Shown here: positions 40,401-50,405 of the stretch, in pieces
How the letters are laid out: each line of letters begins with the position of its first letter
Position numbering within the stretch: the first letter of the stretch is position 1
Origin: Mariniphaga sp.
Lineage (GTDB): Bacteria; Bacteroidota; Bacteroidia; Bacteroidales; Prolixibacteraceae
Length of the DNA stretch: 64,000 nt
Reading direction: 5' to 3'
Assembly: GCA_024636975.1 (NCBI GenBank)
Contig: JAGXGA010000022.1
Span: 7,122-71,121 of the forward strand
The notes under the pieces: generated by a model
The model's input: the letters and a program-made list of their open reading frames with translations, nothing else
What the model was told of the DNA's origin: nothing
Databases searched by the model: none
Made by a program: the position numbers and the translations under genes

Positions 40401-41465
40401 ATGAAAACTCAATTCCTGTTCCTGTTTTTTGCGGTGTTAACTGTTGCCTCCTGTCGAAATGGTAAATATTATACAATGGAAGACTTTCCGGATGTAGAAA
40501 AAATTGATGCTCATTACCATATTTATACAACTGAAGAAAATTCGGTGGAGCAGGCCCATACAGATAATTTCATGCTTTTAAATATAAATACATACTCCGG
40601 AGGTTGCGAACGTGTAGTGGATGCCCACCAAAACCTGAAATTACTGAAGCAGCAGGAACCTGAAGCAACTGCATTCACTGCCACTTTCTGCCTTGAGGGT
40701 TGGAATGAACCTGGCTGGGCCGATAATACCATTGCATGGATTGACCAGTGCATAGCCGATGGCGCAATAGCGGTGAAGGTATGGAAGAACGTTGGTATGG
40801 AATACCGCGACAACGACAGCGCCCTGATAATGATCGACGACCCGCAGTTCTCCCCGGTATTCAGCCATCTGGAGGAAAAAGGAATTCCTCTTGTAGGGCA
40901 CCTTGGAGAACCTAAAAACTGCTGGTTGCCTCTTGATGAGATGACCACTAAAAACGACAGCAATTATTTTGCTGAAAACCCGCAGTACCATATGTACCTG
41001 CATCCTGAATACCCTTCCTATGAAGAGCAGATGGCTGCCCGTGACCGGATGCTGGAGAAACATCCTGACCTTGTTTTTATTGGATGCCATCTGGCCAGTC
41101 TTGAGTGGAGCGTTGATGAAATGGCCCGTTTCCTCGATCGCTTCCCCAATGCTTCAATGGATATGGCTGCCCGTATGGGACAGTTGTTTTACCAGACCGC
41201 GGAAGATCGCGAAAAGGTGCGTGATTTCTTTATTAACTACCAGGACCGCCTGCTTTACGGAACCGATATCATCGACAGGGGTGGTAGCAGGGAAGCCTTT
41301 CAAAACCGACTGCACCAGACCTGGCTTGACGACTGGGAATACCTGGTTACCGATAATAATATGTCCAGTAATCTGATCGATGGCAGTTTCCGTGGATTGA
41401 AACTGCCAAAGGAAGTAGTTGATAAAATTTACGCTTCGAATGCCAGGGAATGGTACAAACTATGA
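40401..41465 (+). CDS. Amidohydrolase-family (TIM-barrel metal hydrolase) lipoprotein
   Basis: It has the lipoprotein signal LTVASC, DAHYH near the N-terminus and the later YGTD motif. I prefer the ATG at 40401. Confidence 0.6.
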   Translation: MKTQFLFLFFAVLTVASCRNGKYYTMEDFPDVEKIDAHYHIYTTEENSVEQAHTDNFMLLNINTYSGGCERVVDAHQNLKLLKQQEPEATAFTATFCLEGWNEPGWADNTIAWIDQCIADGAIAVKVWKNVGMEYRDNDSALIMIDDPQFSPVFSHLEEKGIPLVGHLGEPKNCWLPLDEMTTKNDSNYFAENPQYHMYLHPEYPSYEEQMAARDRMLEKHPDLVFIGCHLASLEWSVDEMARFLDRFPNASMDMAARMGQLFYQTAEDREKVRDFFINYQDRLLYGTDIIDRGGSREAFQNRLHQTWLDDWEYLVTDNNMSSNLIDGSFRGLKLPKEVVDKIYASNAREWYKL

Positions 41466-41480
41466 TTTGCTGAATCTATC

Positions 41481-42818
41481 CTACAATTCGATAGGTATAC
41501 CATTGTAAAAATCAAGAATCTTTGCGCGGAAGATGTATTCGTATCTTGCCTGCAAAAGTTCCGACCGTGCAACAGTCAGGTAATTCTTGCTTTCATTGTA
41601 CTCTACCGTATTTATCATACCCACATTGAACTTTTCCTCCGTATAACGGAAGGCTTCTTCCATCGATTCAACAGCTTTTTCGCTTGAGATGTACCTGTTT
41701 AAAGCTGCAAGTGCATTGGTATAGGCTTGCTCAATGTCTTTCCGGAGTAAATTCGATGCAGTCTGCAACCGGTATTCATAATCCTGAATTTGCAGCTTTG
41801 CATTCGAGACAGCGGTGTTTACCTGGTACCGGTTAAAAATTGGAATGTTCAGCGTTACACCAACCCCATACCTTTTATTATTGTCAAGCTGATCGCTGAA
41901 ATTAATTTTATCTCCAAAAATGTCGGTGTACTGATCATTGTAAAGGTTGTAATAGTTCGCGCCGGCACTCAGTACCGGGAACCTGTTCCCTTTGGCTATG
42001 CTTAGCTGCCTTCTTGCACTTTCCACCCTGAGTTGTGCTGCCTTTATTTCAGGCCGTGAATCAAGTGCATTTTTATAGACATCGAATGAATTGGACATTG
42101 AAATGTTAGCCTTTATCTCCGGGAGCGTTGGTTTTTCAACCTTAAAACTTTTTTCAATGGGCAGTTCCAGGAACTGGTATAAATTAAGATAAGCCAGTTG
42201 AATCCGGTTCTGGTCATTTACAAGTTGCAACTCCTCTCGTGCCAGCTGGGCTTCGATTTCAAGCAATGCGCCGCGTGCAAGGCTGCCTGCATCCACCAGC
42301 TTACCGGTGCGTTCTACCTGTTGTTTGGTTACTTCGATCTGGGCTTCTGATATTAGCGCCAGTTCTTCAGCAAACAAAATTTCAAGATACGCTGCAGCTG
42401 TATTCAGCATGATATCATCTTTTGTTTTTTGCAGATCATGAATGGCGGCATGCAAATCAAGTTCGTACATTCTGATGGTATTGGTCAGAATGAAGCCGTT
42501 CCATAATGTTATATCGCTCGAAAGATATCCGTTCACCTGCATCGAGTTTACATTTTTATAGGTATTATCGTAGGTGAGCGACCTCCCAAAATTGTAATTG
42601 TTGGAAAGACTGCCGTTGAGGTTAGGTAACCTGTCGTACCCTGCCTGATCTAAAAGATTCTCGTTATAACTGGTATTTAATTGCTGCTGTTTAATCTGGA
42701 TATTGTTCTCAATTGCATAGTCGATGCATTTCTGTAGCGACCATGTTTCTTGTGCGGTGGTTTCCAGTGCTGACAGGAAAAAGAGAAATCCTGCAATAAT
42801 TGTTGTTGTCTTCATCAT
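41481..42818 (-). CDS. TolC-family outer-membrane efflux protein
   Basis: It has a signal peptide and a duplicated coiled-coil/beta architecture. It sits at the end of the efflux operon. Confidence 0.85.
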   Translation of the reverse strand: MMKTTTIIAGFLFFLSALETTAQETWSLQKCIDYAIENNIQIKQQQLNTSYNENLLDQAGYDRLPNLNGSLSNNYNFGRSLTYDNTYKNVNSMQVNGYLSSDITLWNGFILTNTIRMYELDLHAAIHDLQKTKDDIMLNTAAAYLEILFAEELALISEAQIEVTKQQVERTGKLVDAGSLARGALLEIEAQLAREELQLVNDQNRIQLAYLNLYQFLELPIEKSFKVEKPTLPEIKANISMSNSFDVYKNALDSRPEIKAAQLRVESARRQLSIAKGNRFPVLSAGANYYNLYNDQYTDIFGDKINFSDQLDNNKRYGVGVTLNIPIFNRYQVNTAVSNAKLQIQDYEYRLQTASNLLRKDIEQAYTNALAALNRYISSEKAVESMEEAFRYTEEKFNVGMINTVEYNESKNYLTVARSELLQARYEYIFRAKILDFYNGIPIEL

Positions 42819-42946
42819 AATCTATTGTTTTATTTCAGGTCCAAATGTGTTGAAAATAGTGTTCAATGTTAAGCAAATTATCAATCAGTGAGTCCTGGAG
42901 CAGGTTATCACTTTGAAAAACTGTCAACCTTGTTCCATTTCCAGCA

Positions 42947-44071
42947 TTAAACTTTACCGTTATCTCCTTCCTTTAGTTTTTTGGGATCAATTTTTTCCCC
43001 CTTTACTTTGTCTTCTTTGTTCAATCCGGTGGTAATTTCAATGTTTATACCATCCGATAGGCCGGTTTGAACGTATTGTTTTTTGAACTGCTGTTCTACT
43101 TCAGTCTGAACCTCAACAAACGAGGAGTCGTTTTCAAACTTCAGCAATCCTTCAGGTATTACCAGTACACTGTCTTTTCTGTCGAGCACTATATTGGCAT
43201 TTGCACTGTACCCGGCACGTATGAACTGATCGTTTACAAGACTCACACTGGCTTTTATTTCAAACTGTATGGCTCCGTTTTCCTCTACCCCCTTAGGTGA
43301 TATATATTCCAGAATTGCCTGGAACTTCTCTTTTTCTATGGCCCCTATTTCAAGTTCAATGGGCATGCCTGCACTAATCTTACCAACTTCCGTTTCATCA
43401 ACCTTTCCTTCGAAAATCATGTCGCTCATATCTGCAACAGTAGCAATGGTAGTCCCGTCGTTGAATGTATTCGACTGTATTACCGAATTGCCCAGTTTTA
43501 CAGGCACATCAAGTACCATTCCGGAAGTGGTTGACCTGACTAATGTATTAGTAGTGGTTTCTGCCTTTTTTGTTACACCATTTTTTATAAGCTCAAGATT
43601 ATTTTCAGCTGCAGTTAGTTCTTCCCTTGAGGAATCGTAGGTTACTTTGGCATTTTTAAATTCTTCGTATGAAATAACTTCCTTGTCGAAAAGTTTTTGT
43701 TGCCTTTCATAATCAATTTTGGCATCTTCAAAAGTTATTTTTGCCCTGTTGAGCCTGGTTTCAGCGGAATTAAGGTTCACCATATCAGGGATGATCTTAA
43801 TACGTGCAACCACCTGGTCCTTTTCAACCCGGTCGCCTGCTTCCACGAATAACTCATCAATAATTCCCGATACCTGCGGCTTGATGTCGACTTCAAAACG
43901 TGGGACCACTGAACCTGTGGCAACTGTTTTTTTGATCACATCGCTTACAAACGGATTCTTTGTTTCAAATACATCCGGTTTCTTTTTCGATTTATTGTAG
44001 AGGAAAAACAGGGTTCCTGCAAATGCCCCTATCAATACAACGATTCCGATGATTTTAAATACTTTTTTCAT
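42947..44071 (-). CDS. Efflux periplasmic adaptor (HlyD/MacA family)
   Basis: It has an N-terminal TM helix and the lipoyl/beta-barrel pattern GIIDELFVEAGDRVEKDQVVARI. Confidence 0.85.
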   Translation of the reverse strand: MKKVFKIIGIVVLIGAFAGTLFFLYNKSKKKPDVFETKNPFVSDVIKKTVATGSVVPRFEVDIKPQVSGIIDELFVEAGDRVEKDQVVARIKIIPDMVNLNSAETRLNRAKITFEDAKIDYERQQKLFDKEVISYEEFKNAKVTYDSSREELTAAENNLELIKNGVTKKAETTTNTLVRSTTSGMVLDVPVKLGNSVIQSNTFNDGTTIATVADMSDMIFEGKVDETEVGKISAGMPIELEIGAIEKEKFQAILEYISPKGVEENGAIQFEIKASVSLVNDQFIRAGYSANANIVLDRKDSVLVIPEGLLKFENDSSFVEVQTEVEQQFKKQYVQTGLSDGINIEITTGLNKEDKVKGEKIDPKKLKEGDNGKV

Positions 44072-44104
44072 GACTCTGATTTTTTATTGTTTCTGTTTCT
44101 GTTT

Positions 44105-45370
44105 TTATTTTTCTTCCCTGATGGCATCAATGGGTTTTATTTTAACGGCCCGCCGTGCAGGAATCATACCGGCAAAAATTCCGGAGAATACCAGCACCGA
44201 TAATGCTGCTATTGCCATTCTGAAACTGATTTCCGGACGCCTGAAAAACATTTCGTCGCCTGCTGATTCCAGAACTACATTCAGCGCCTCGAGCAAACCT
44301 ACTCCAAGCGCCAGTCCAAAATATCCGGCCAAAACTGTAAGAAATACACTTTCGGCAACAATGTGCATAATTACATTTGATGGCGTTGCTCCAATGGCCC
44401 GCTGAATGCCTATTTCCTGGGTGCGTTCCCTGATTATTACCATCATAATGTTGCTTACACCAATGACACCTGCCAGCAGAGTTCCAATTCCCACTATCCA
44501 TGTAAGCATTTGTATGCCGGTGAACAGTCCGTTGAATTTTTTCCATTCTACTTCTATATTGAACGAGCCGATAGCCTGCATATCTTCCGGGGCAATGTGG
44601 TGCCGGGCTTTCAGCAGTTCTTTCAGGCGTTCCTCAAGTTTGCTGACGGGTACTCCGGGCTTGGAGGTTACCGAAAAGAAGTGTACTACATCGCCCATAT
44701 TATAAGTGCGTTGCATGGTGCTGAAAGGGATCATAATGGCTTCATTTTTTTGCCCGCCGCCAATATTAATCCTGGTCTGCGGATCCACTACTCCTACCAC
44801 CTGGAAGTAAACGCCATTTATTTTAAGGTATTCACCTATCGGTTCTTCACCCTCGGGAAACATAACTTCAGCAACCCTTTCCCCAATAACACATACCTTG
44901 CGGTCTTGCATGATGTCGATTTCGTTCAGCAGACGGCCTTTAAGCGGAACCCACGGGTCGATTTTAAAATAGTCGGGGTAGTCGCCGTAAATATTAAAAG
45001 CGCCTGTATTATTGCCTCTTATGGTGTTGTCGCCGCCATAAGAATTGGGGCCAAACAATCTTGGCGAAAGGTATTCCACATCGTTTAAATTGGCCTTGAG
45101 GTATTGTATGTCATCATTTTTATAGTTCCATGACCTGCCACGTTTGAATCCTTCATAGGGCATACTTGTACGTTCAGTCCAAAAAAAAGCCGAATTGGTA
45201 GCAAATGCCTTGATGCCGTCCATAATGCCGTTTTCAAGGGCACGTCCGGCCCCCGACATAACGATGAGCATGAAAATCCCCCAGAACACCCCGAAGGCGG
45301 TCATGAAACTGCGCATCCTGTTCTTTTTCAGCGCCTCAATTATCTCTTTCCAAAGGTCTAAATCAAACAT
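44105..45370 (-). CDS. ABC transporter permease (MacB/FtsX family)
   Basis: It has a MacB-type periplasmic domain and a C-terminal FtsX domain ending in PARRAVKIKPIDAIREE. Confidence 0.85.
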   Translation of the reverse strand: MFDLDLWKEIIEALKKNRMRSFMTAFGVFWGIFMLIVMSGAGRALENGIMDGIKAFATNSAFFWTERTSMPYEGFKRGRSWNYKNDDIQYLKANLNDVEYLSPRLFGPNSYGGDNTIRGNNTGAFNIYGDYPDYFKIDPWVPLKGRLLNEIDIMQDRKVCVIGERVAEVMFPEGEEPIGEYLKINGVYFQVVGVVDPQTRINIGGGQKNEAIMIPFSTMQRTYNMGDVVHFFSVTSKPGVPVSKLEERLKELLKARHHIAPEDMQAIGSFNIEVEWKKFNGLFTGIQMLTWIVGIGTLLAGVIGVSNIMMVIIRERTQEIGIQRAIGATPSNVIMHIVAESVFLTVLAGYFGLALGVGLLEALNVVLESAGDEMFFRRPEISFRMAIAALSVLVFSGIFAGMIPARRAVKIKPIDAIREEK

Positions 45371-45413
45371 CTCATTTAATTATTACAGGTTTCATTACTT
45401 GGGTTCCGTTGAA

Positions 45414-46676
45414 TTATTCATCCCTCAGCGCTTCAATAGGTTTAATACGTGCGGCCCGCTTGGCAGGAATGTATCCGGCAAGTGCCCCTGCAAAAATCAA
45501 AAGCAGGGTGGCTGTAGCGGCAATGTTTATATCAACCGTCGGATTCCGGAAAATCATATCCCCGTTTCCGTTGTTGGTTGCAGCGGCGGCCTCAAATTGC
45601 CGCTCTACAAGCAGATTAATTCCTTCCATAAGCCCGGTGCCCAATACCAGTCCTATATATCCGGCAATTGTGGTTATAAGTATTGCTTCCAGTAAAATCA
45701 GTCCGATAACCGATCCCGGGGTAGCGCCAATAGCTTTGCGGATGCCGATTTCCTTGGTGCGTTCCTTCACTACTATAAGCATGATGTTACTGACACCAAC
45801 TACTCCGGCTATCAAAGTTCCTGCGCCAATGATCCATATGAAAATTTTTATGGCCTCGAAGATCCGCATTGTCTGCAGGTAATTTTCAAGCTTGTTGTAG
45901 GAACCCAAAGCAGCGCGGTCAGTTGGGTCAAATTTATGTTTCCGCGCCAGCGCTGCCCTTACTTTTTCCTCAATTACTTTACTTTCTTCAATGCTGTTGG
46001 CATTTATGGTAAGGGCAAAATTGTGCAGCCGGTTGGCACCATTAAATACTTTTTGTCCGGTAGTAACCGGCACATATGCATTCCGGTGACGGGTGCCCCC
46101 GCCTTCGAGACAGATGCCCACCACCTTAAACGGAACATTGTTAATCCGCACGTATTCGCCTATGGCTTCCTGTCCCTTGAAAAGTGCATCGTATATATCT
46201 TTTCCCAATACTACCGATTTACGGGATTCCTTGATATCCACATTATTAATAAACCGCCCGCTGGCTATTTCAATCGATTCTACTTCCCTTAGCTCGGGAT
46301 GGCAGGTAATGGCGGTGTATTCACCAAATTCACTGCCATAGGCAAAGCGGTTGCCTGAAATAAAATACCGGCCTGAAGTGAATTCAATTTCAGGAATATC
46401 CTTTAGCAGGTCATAATCGGTATTGGTGAATTGTATCTGCCTGTTTTCCTTCATGCCCTGGTAAGGAATGCTGGTACGTCCGCTCCATAACCACATGGCA
46501 TTTACTGCATCACGCATGAAGTTTTGTGCCACCCCATTGCTAAGTCCATTGCCCGACCCGAGTAAAATCATCAGCATGAAAATCCCCCAGGCTACTGAAA
46601 AGCCGGTGAGGAAGGTTCTCATTTTATTTTTTTTAATGGTGGCCAGAATCTCTTGCCATTTATCAATGTCGAACAT
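45414..46676 (-). CDS. ABC transporter permease (MacB/FtsX family), tandem paralogue
   Basis: It has the same architecture as the neighbouring permease and ends in PAKRAARIKPIEALRDE. Confidence 0.85.
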   Translation of the reverse strand: MFDIDKWQEILATIKKNKMRTFLTGFSVAWGIFMLMILLGSGNGLSNGVAQNFMRDAVNAMWLWSGRTSIPYQGMKENRQIQFTNTDYDLLKDIPEIEFTSGRYFISGNRFAYGSEFGEYTAITCHPELREVESIEIASGRFINNVDIKESRKSVVLGKDIYDALFKGQEAIGEYVRINNVPFKVVGICLEGGGTRHRNAYVPVTTGQKVFNGANRLHNFALTINANSIEESKVIEEKVRAALARKHKFDPTDRAALGSYNKLENYLQTMRIFEAIKIFIWIIGAGTLIAGVVGVSNIMLIVVKERTKEIGIRKAIGATPGSVIGLILLEAILITTIAGYIGLVLGTGLMEGINLLVERQFEAAAATNNGNGDMIFRNPTVDINIAATATLLLIFAGALAGYIPAKRAARIKPIEALRDE

Positions 46677-46768
46677 TGCAGTAATTATTAAATGTTGAAA
46701 TTATAATGTACGCTTGTGAATGCCGCTGCTTCTGTTAAAGCTGCTGCGGTTAAATCCTGATTTGTTTT

Positions 46769-47494
46769 TCAGGCGGTTACACGGGCCTTGGTATACTGCT
46801 GCTTCCACTCTTTCAGTTCGCCGTTCTGAATGATTTCGGAAATAATACCGTCTTTAAGCCTGATGATCTGGTGCGTCATGGCGGCAATATCGTGCTCATG
46901 GGTTACAATAATCACAGTAATCCCGTCACCATTGATCTCTTTGAGTATTTCCATTACTTCGTATGAGGTAGCTGTGTCAAGGGCCCCTGTAGGTTCATCG
47001 GCTACAATTACCTTTGGTTGCGAAATAAGTGAACGCGCAATGGCAACCCGCTGTTTCTGACCACCCGAAAGCTCGTTGGGCATGTGGGTTGCCCATGGTA
47101 AAAGACCCATTTTATCGAGGTACTCCAACGCGATCTTGTTGCGCTTTTTACGGTTTACCCCCTGGTAATAGAGCGGGAGGGCTACATTTTCCATGGCGTT
47201 TTTAAACGAAATAAGGTTGAACGACTGGAAAACAAATCCCAGCATTTCATTCCGAAGCTTCGCTGCATGCTTTTCCGACATGTCCTTTACAAGTGTTCCG
47301 TCGAGGTAATACGAACCCTCATCGTAATTGTCGAGGATGCCAAGTATATTTAGCAGGGTGGATTTACCCGAACCCGATGATCCCATTATGGAAACAAAGG
47401 CGCCTTTGGGTATATTCAGGTCGATTCCCTTTAAAACATGCAGGGAATTGTTGCCTGTTCCGTATGATTTATGAACGTTGTTTAAATGAATCAT
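46769..47494 (-). CDS. ABC transporter ATP-binding protein (MacB/LolD-like)
   Basis: It has GSSGSGKSTLLN, LSGGQKQRVAIAR and VIVADEPTGALD. I prefer the ATG at 47494 over the TTG at 47518. Confidence 0.85.
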   Translation of the reverse strand: MIHLNNVHKSYGTGNNSLHVLKGIDLNIPKGAFVSIMGSSGSGKSTLLNILGILDNYDEGSYYLDGTLVKDMSEKHAAKLRNEMLGFVFQSFNLISFKNAMENVALPLYYQGVNRKKRNKIALEYLDKMGLLPWATHMPNELSGGQKQRVAIARSLISQPKVIVADEPTGALDTATSYEVMEILKEINGDGITVIIVTHEHDIAAMTHQIIRLKDGIISEIIQNGELKEWKQQYTKARVTA

Positions 47495-47768
47495 GATTGT
47501 TCTGTTTTCTGTTTTCAAAAAATATTGTTTTCTGTGGCTTTGCTTTTATGAGTATAAATTTCCTGTTTTTCTTACAGTTTTAATACTTTTATCGATAAAC
47601 ACCCGATTTTTATATGTGAATGCCCGAATTAACAAAGTTTATCAACCGGCAAATATTTTGCTGTTTGTTGAATGAGACGCACAGGACATCCAACTCGTTA
47701 CAGCAATCTGCATTTTTTTTTAAAATGATACTTGTTTTTTATTTTTGCATTCCTTGTAACTTTGCCCC

Positions 47769-49301
47769 ATGGGATTTAAATCGGTTTCTTTAAAATTACC
47801 AACGGGATATTCCGAACAACAGCTGCGACAGGCAATTGGCAAAGCTTTGCATATCCGGAATTTTTCATTTCAGATTGAGCAAAAAAGCCTTGATGCCCGC
47901 CAAAAGCCAAATGTATGGTGGCAGCTTCGTGTGGGGGTTCATTCCAACGAGTTGAAAGGAGGGGAAGAGCCGGTTCAGCCGGAGCTTGAAATTCCTTCGA
48001 AAAAACGCAGTTACCCGGTTGCCGTTGTGGGCAGCGGACCGGCAGGATTCTTTGCTGCACTGGTGTTGCAGAAAGCAGGTTTCCGGGTTACACTTATTGA
48101 ACGTGGATCAGAGGTAGCCGTCAGAAGCCGTGCCCTGGCCGTGTTTGAACAAGGTGGCATGTTCGATTCAAAAAACAACTACGCGTTTGGGGAAGGCGGC
48201 GCAGGCACTTTTTCCGACGGCAAACTTACCTCCCGCTCAAAGCACATTTCAAAAGAGAAACAGTTCATCCTTTCGAATTACATCAAAGCGGGCGCACCCG
48301 AAGAAATTGCTTACCTGGCGCATCCGCACCTGGGAACCGATAACCTTCGGAAGATTGTTATAAACCTTCGCATGCAGTTTCAGGAGCTGGGTGGTGAAGT
48401 ATTATTCGATACCCTCCTGGAGGACATAGTGGTAAAAAACTCCCGGGTAACCGAAGTAATTACTTCCAGCGGGAATTTGTCTGTGGGGGCGTTATTCATC
48501 GCTTCGGGGCATTCTGCCTATGAAACCTACCGGATGCTGATACGCCGCGGAATACCCTTCCGTACAAAAAAATTTGCACTGGGCAGCCGGATGGAACATC
48601 GCCAGGAAATTATCAATCGCGCCCAGTGGGGTCATGAATCGTTGCCCGGAGTGAAGGCAGCCGAATACAGGCTTACATCGCAAGCCGACGGAAATCATCC
48701 GGTATTCTCCTTCTGCATGTGTCCGGGCGGAGTAGTGGTGCCTGCAGCTGCTTACCCCGAAACAAATATTGTAAACGGCATGAGCTATTACAGTCGCAAC
48801 GGGCAGTTTGCAAATGCAGCCTGCGTGGCAGGAATCCATCCCGGTGCCCTTGCCGGAAAAGAAGTTTCACCTTTGGTAGCACTGGAGAGGGTGGAAGCTA
48901 TGGAACGATCATTTTATCAGTATACCGGCAGTTATAAGGCGCCAGCGTGCAGTATTCAGGAATTTACAAATCAAAAAAACATTAAGAATAATTTCGACAG
49001 CAGCTATCCGCTAGGATTAACAGCTGCACCTCTGTGGGAATTGCTGCCTGTACAAGTGGTAGCATCACTGCAGGCCGGACTTAGCGATTTCATACGAAAG
49101 ATCAAAGGCTTTGAAACCGGAATCCTATTGGGATTTGAAAGCAAAACTTCTTCGCCGGTGCAAGTGCTGAGGGAACCTAACGGCAAGTGCGAAGGGTTCG
49201 AAAACCTTTACATCATTGGAGAAGGCAGTGGATATGCCGGGGGCATCATCTCCAGCGGCGCCGATGGCGTGAAGGCGGCAATGACGCTGGCACAGGAGTA
49301 G
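47769..49301 (+). CDS. FAD-dependent protein (uncharacterised NAD(FAD)-utilising dehydrogenase family)
   Basis: VAVVGSGPAGFFAAL is a dinucleotide-binding motif. The 510-aa length fits. Confidence 0.65.
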   Translation: MGFKSVSLKLPTGYSEQQLRQAIGKALHIRNFSFQIEQKSLDARQKPNVWWQLRVGVHSNELKGGEEPVQPELEIPSKKRSYPVAVVGSGPAGFFAALVLQKAGFRVTLIERGSEVAVRSRALAVFEQGGMFDSKNNYAFGEGGAGTFSDGKLTSRSKHISKEKQFILSNYIKAGAPEEIAYLAHPHLGTDNLRKIVINLRMQFQELGGEVLFDTLLEDIVVKNSRVTEVITSSGNLSVGALFIASGHSAYETYRMLIRRGIPFRTKKFALGSRMEHRQEIINRAQWGHESLPGVKAAEYRLTSQADGNHPVFSFCMCPGGVVVPAAAYPETNIVNGMSYYSRNGQFANAACVAGIHPGALAGKEVSPLVALERVEAMERSFYQYTGSYKAPACSIQEFTNQKNIKNNFDSSYPLGLTAAPLWELLPVQVVASLQAGLSDFIRKIKGFETGILLGFESKTSSPVQVLREPNGKCEGFENLYIIGEGSGYAGGIISSGADGVKAAMTLAQE

Positions 49302-49414
49302 GAGGGAAGTAGCCGGCGGCAGGTCACAGCAGGCAGCAAGCAAAAAGTAAACGGTATAAAGTCCGTTTAACGGCTTCAGCCGTATAATATAAGAAATAAC
49401 TTAGCAGACCTCTT

Positions 49415-49545
49415 GCGGGCTGAAAGCCCAGCTTAATTCAGCCCAGGGCAGCCGTCCTGGGTAAGAAGTGCCATTATTCCACGCGGCGCAATTACCTACT
49501 CGGATTGAAATGCAAACATTATAGGCGCCGCCTTCTCTGGCCTGG
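49415..49545 (+). repeat. Repeat family A, copy 1 (~130 bp, three GC-rich hairpins)
   Basis: It reads gcgggctgaaagcccag..ttcagcccagggcagccgtcctgggtaag...gcggcgc..cggattgaaatgcaaacat..gcgccgc. It aligns in the same orientation with 61672-61805. Confidence 0.75.
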
Positions 49546-49776
49546 TTTTAAACAATGCATGCATTGCCTAAAATAACGGGGACAACCGTCTGGTTTTGAA
49601 GCAAAGATCAGGATTAAGGCTGTAGTTATATGATAGTAAACAATCACACTGATTGCCAAGGCAATATCATGTAAGAAATACCTTGAGTAAATTTGCAGTC
49701 ATGGGAGTTACTTATTTGATGGTTTATGGGCCTGCCAATCGCACCAACAATGCCGTCATTACAGCTCCGGCCGGCC

Positions 49777-49870
49777 GGCGGCTGAAAGCCTGCCTGTTCG
49801 TGCATGCTGGCCCGGCTTAATTCAGCCCAAAGCATTTCGTCAGTTGCCGGACAGGCGCCTCCGGGGTAAA
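49777..49870 (+). repeat. Repeat family A, partial degenerate copy
   Basis: It reads ggcggctgaaagcc...cggcttaattcagccc...ccggacaggcgcctccggggtaaa. Confidence 0.55.
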
Positions 49871-49910
49871 ACGCAAAACAACCCTACTTTTAGCATACAT
49901 TCCCCTTATT

Positions 49911-50000
49911 GAATTCAGATTAAATTCGATATTAATTCGATGTAAATTCGTTAAAACGCGAATTAACTACGAATTAACTACGAGCTAACCACGAATTTAT
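49911..50000. repeat. AT-rich ~11-bp phased micro-repeats, three units followed by inverted units
   Basis: Units taaattcgata ttaattcgatg taaattcgtta are followed by inverted units acgaattaact acgaattaact acgagctaacc acgaattta. Confidence 0.6.
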
Positions 50001-50405
50001 ATATAATAAGTCCCACCTCGGTATTCAACCGAACATCAAAATGAATAACTTTAATCAGTTTTTCAATTGCAGGTACCTGCAAAATATCATGAGATTGCTT
50101 TTCCGCCAACTGGTCGGAGCTGCAATGACGGCTCTGTAGCGGGGACAGAATGCGGCGTAACAAGTACCATGATATGGGATATAACATTTACGCCGCAGAC
50201 AAAACCTGCCTCAAATTAGTTATATAGTAGGTATTTGTTAAGTTGGTGCTTTTCCTTTTAGTAATCATTCATGAATATTGACCAATACTGCCTTTCTAAA
50301 TTATCTTCTATACTAAAATGTTTATATTTAAATCTTTGTTTAATTTGCCGGCAGTGAAAAATAATCAGGAAGGATGTAACTATTCCGTAAAAAAATTTAT
50401 ATAAA

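Noticed and set aside
40523-41376. Several long antisense or alternative-frame ORFs inside the amidohydrolase gene (40523..40963, 40641..41090, 40969..41376). The same occurs at 19250..19777, 44510..45088, 45195..45882 and 60706..61370.
   Set aside because: These are shadow ORFs inside genes with strong family signatures on the other strand or frame. Their composition is Arg/Ser/Cys-rich and they carry no motifs.
50151-50197. Perfect 10-bp inverted repeat tgcggcgtaa/ttacgccgca as an intrinsic terminator
   Set aside because: The loop is 27 nt and neither side has a T-run. No gene ends nearby, so it is noted only as part of the gene-poor tract.
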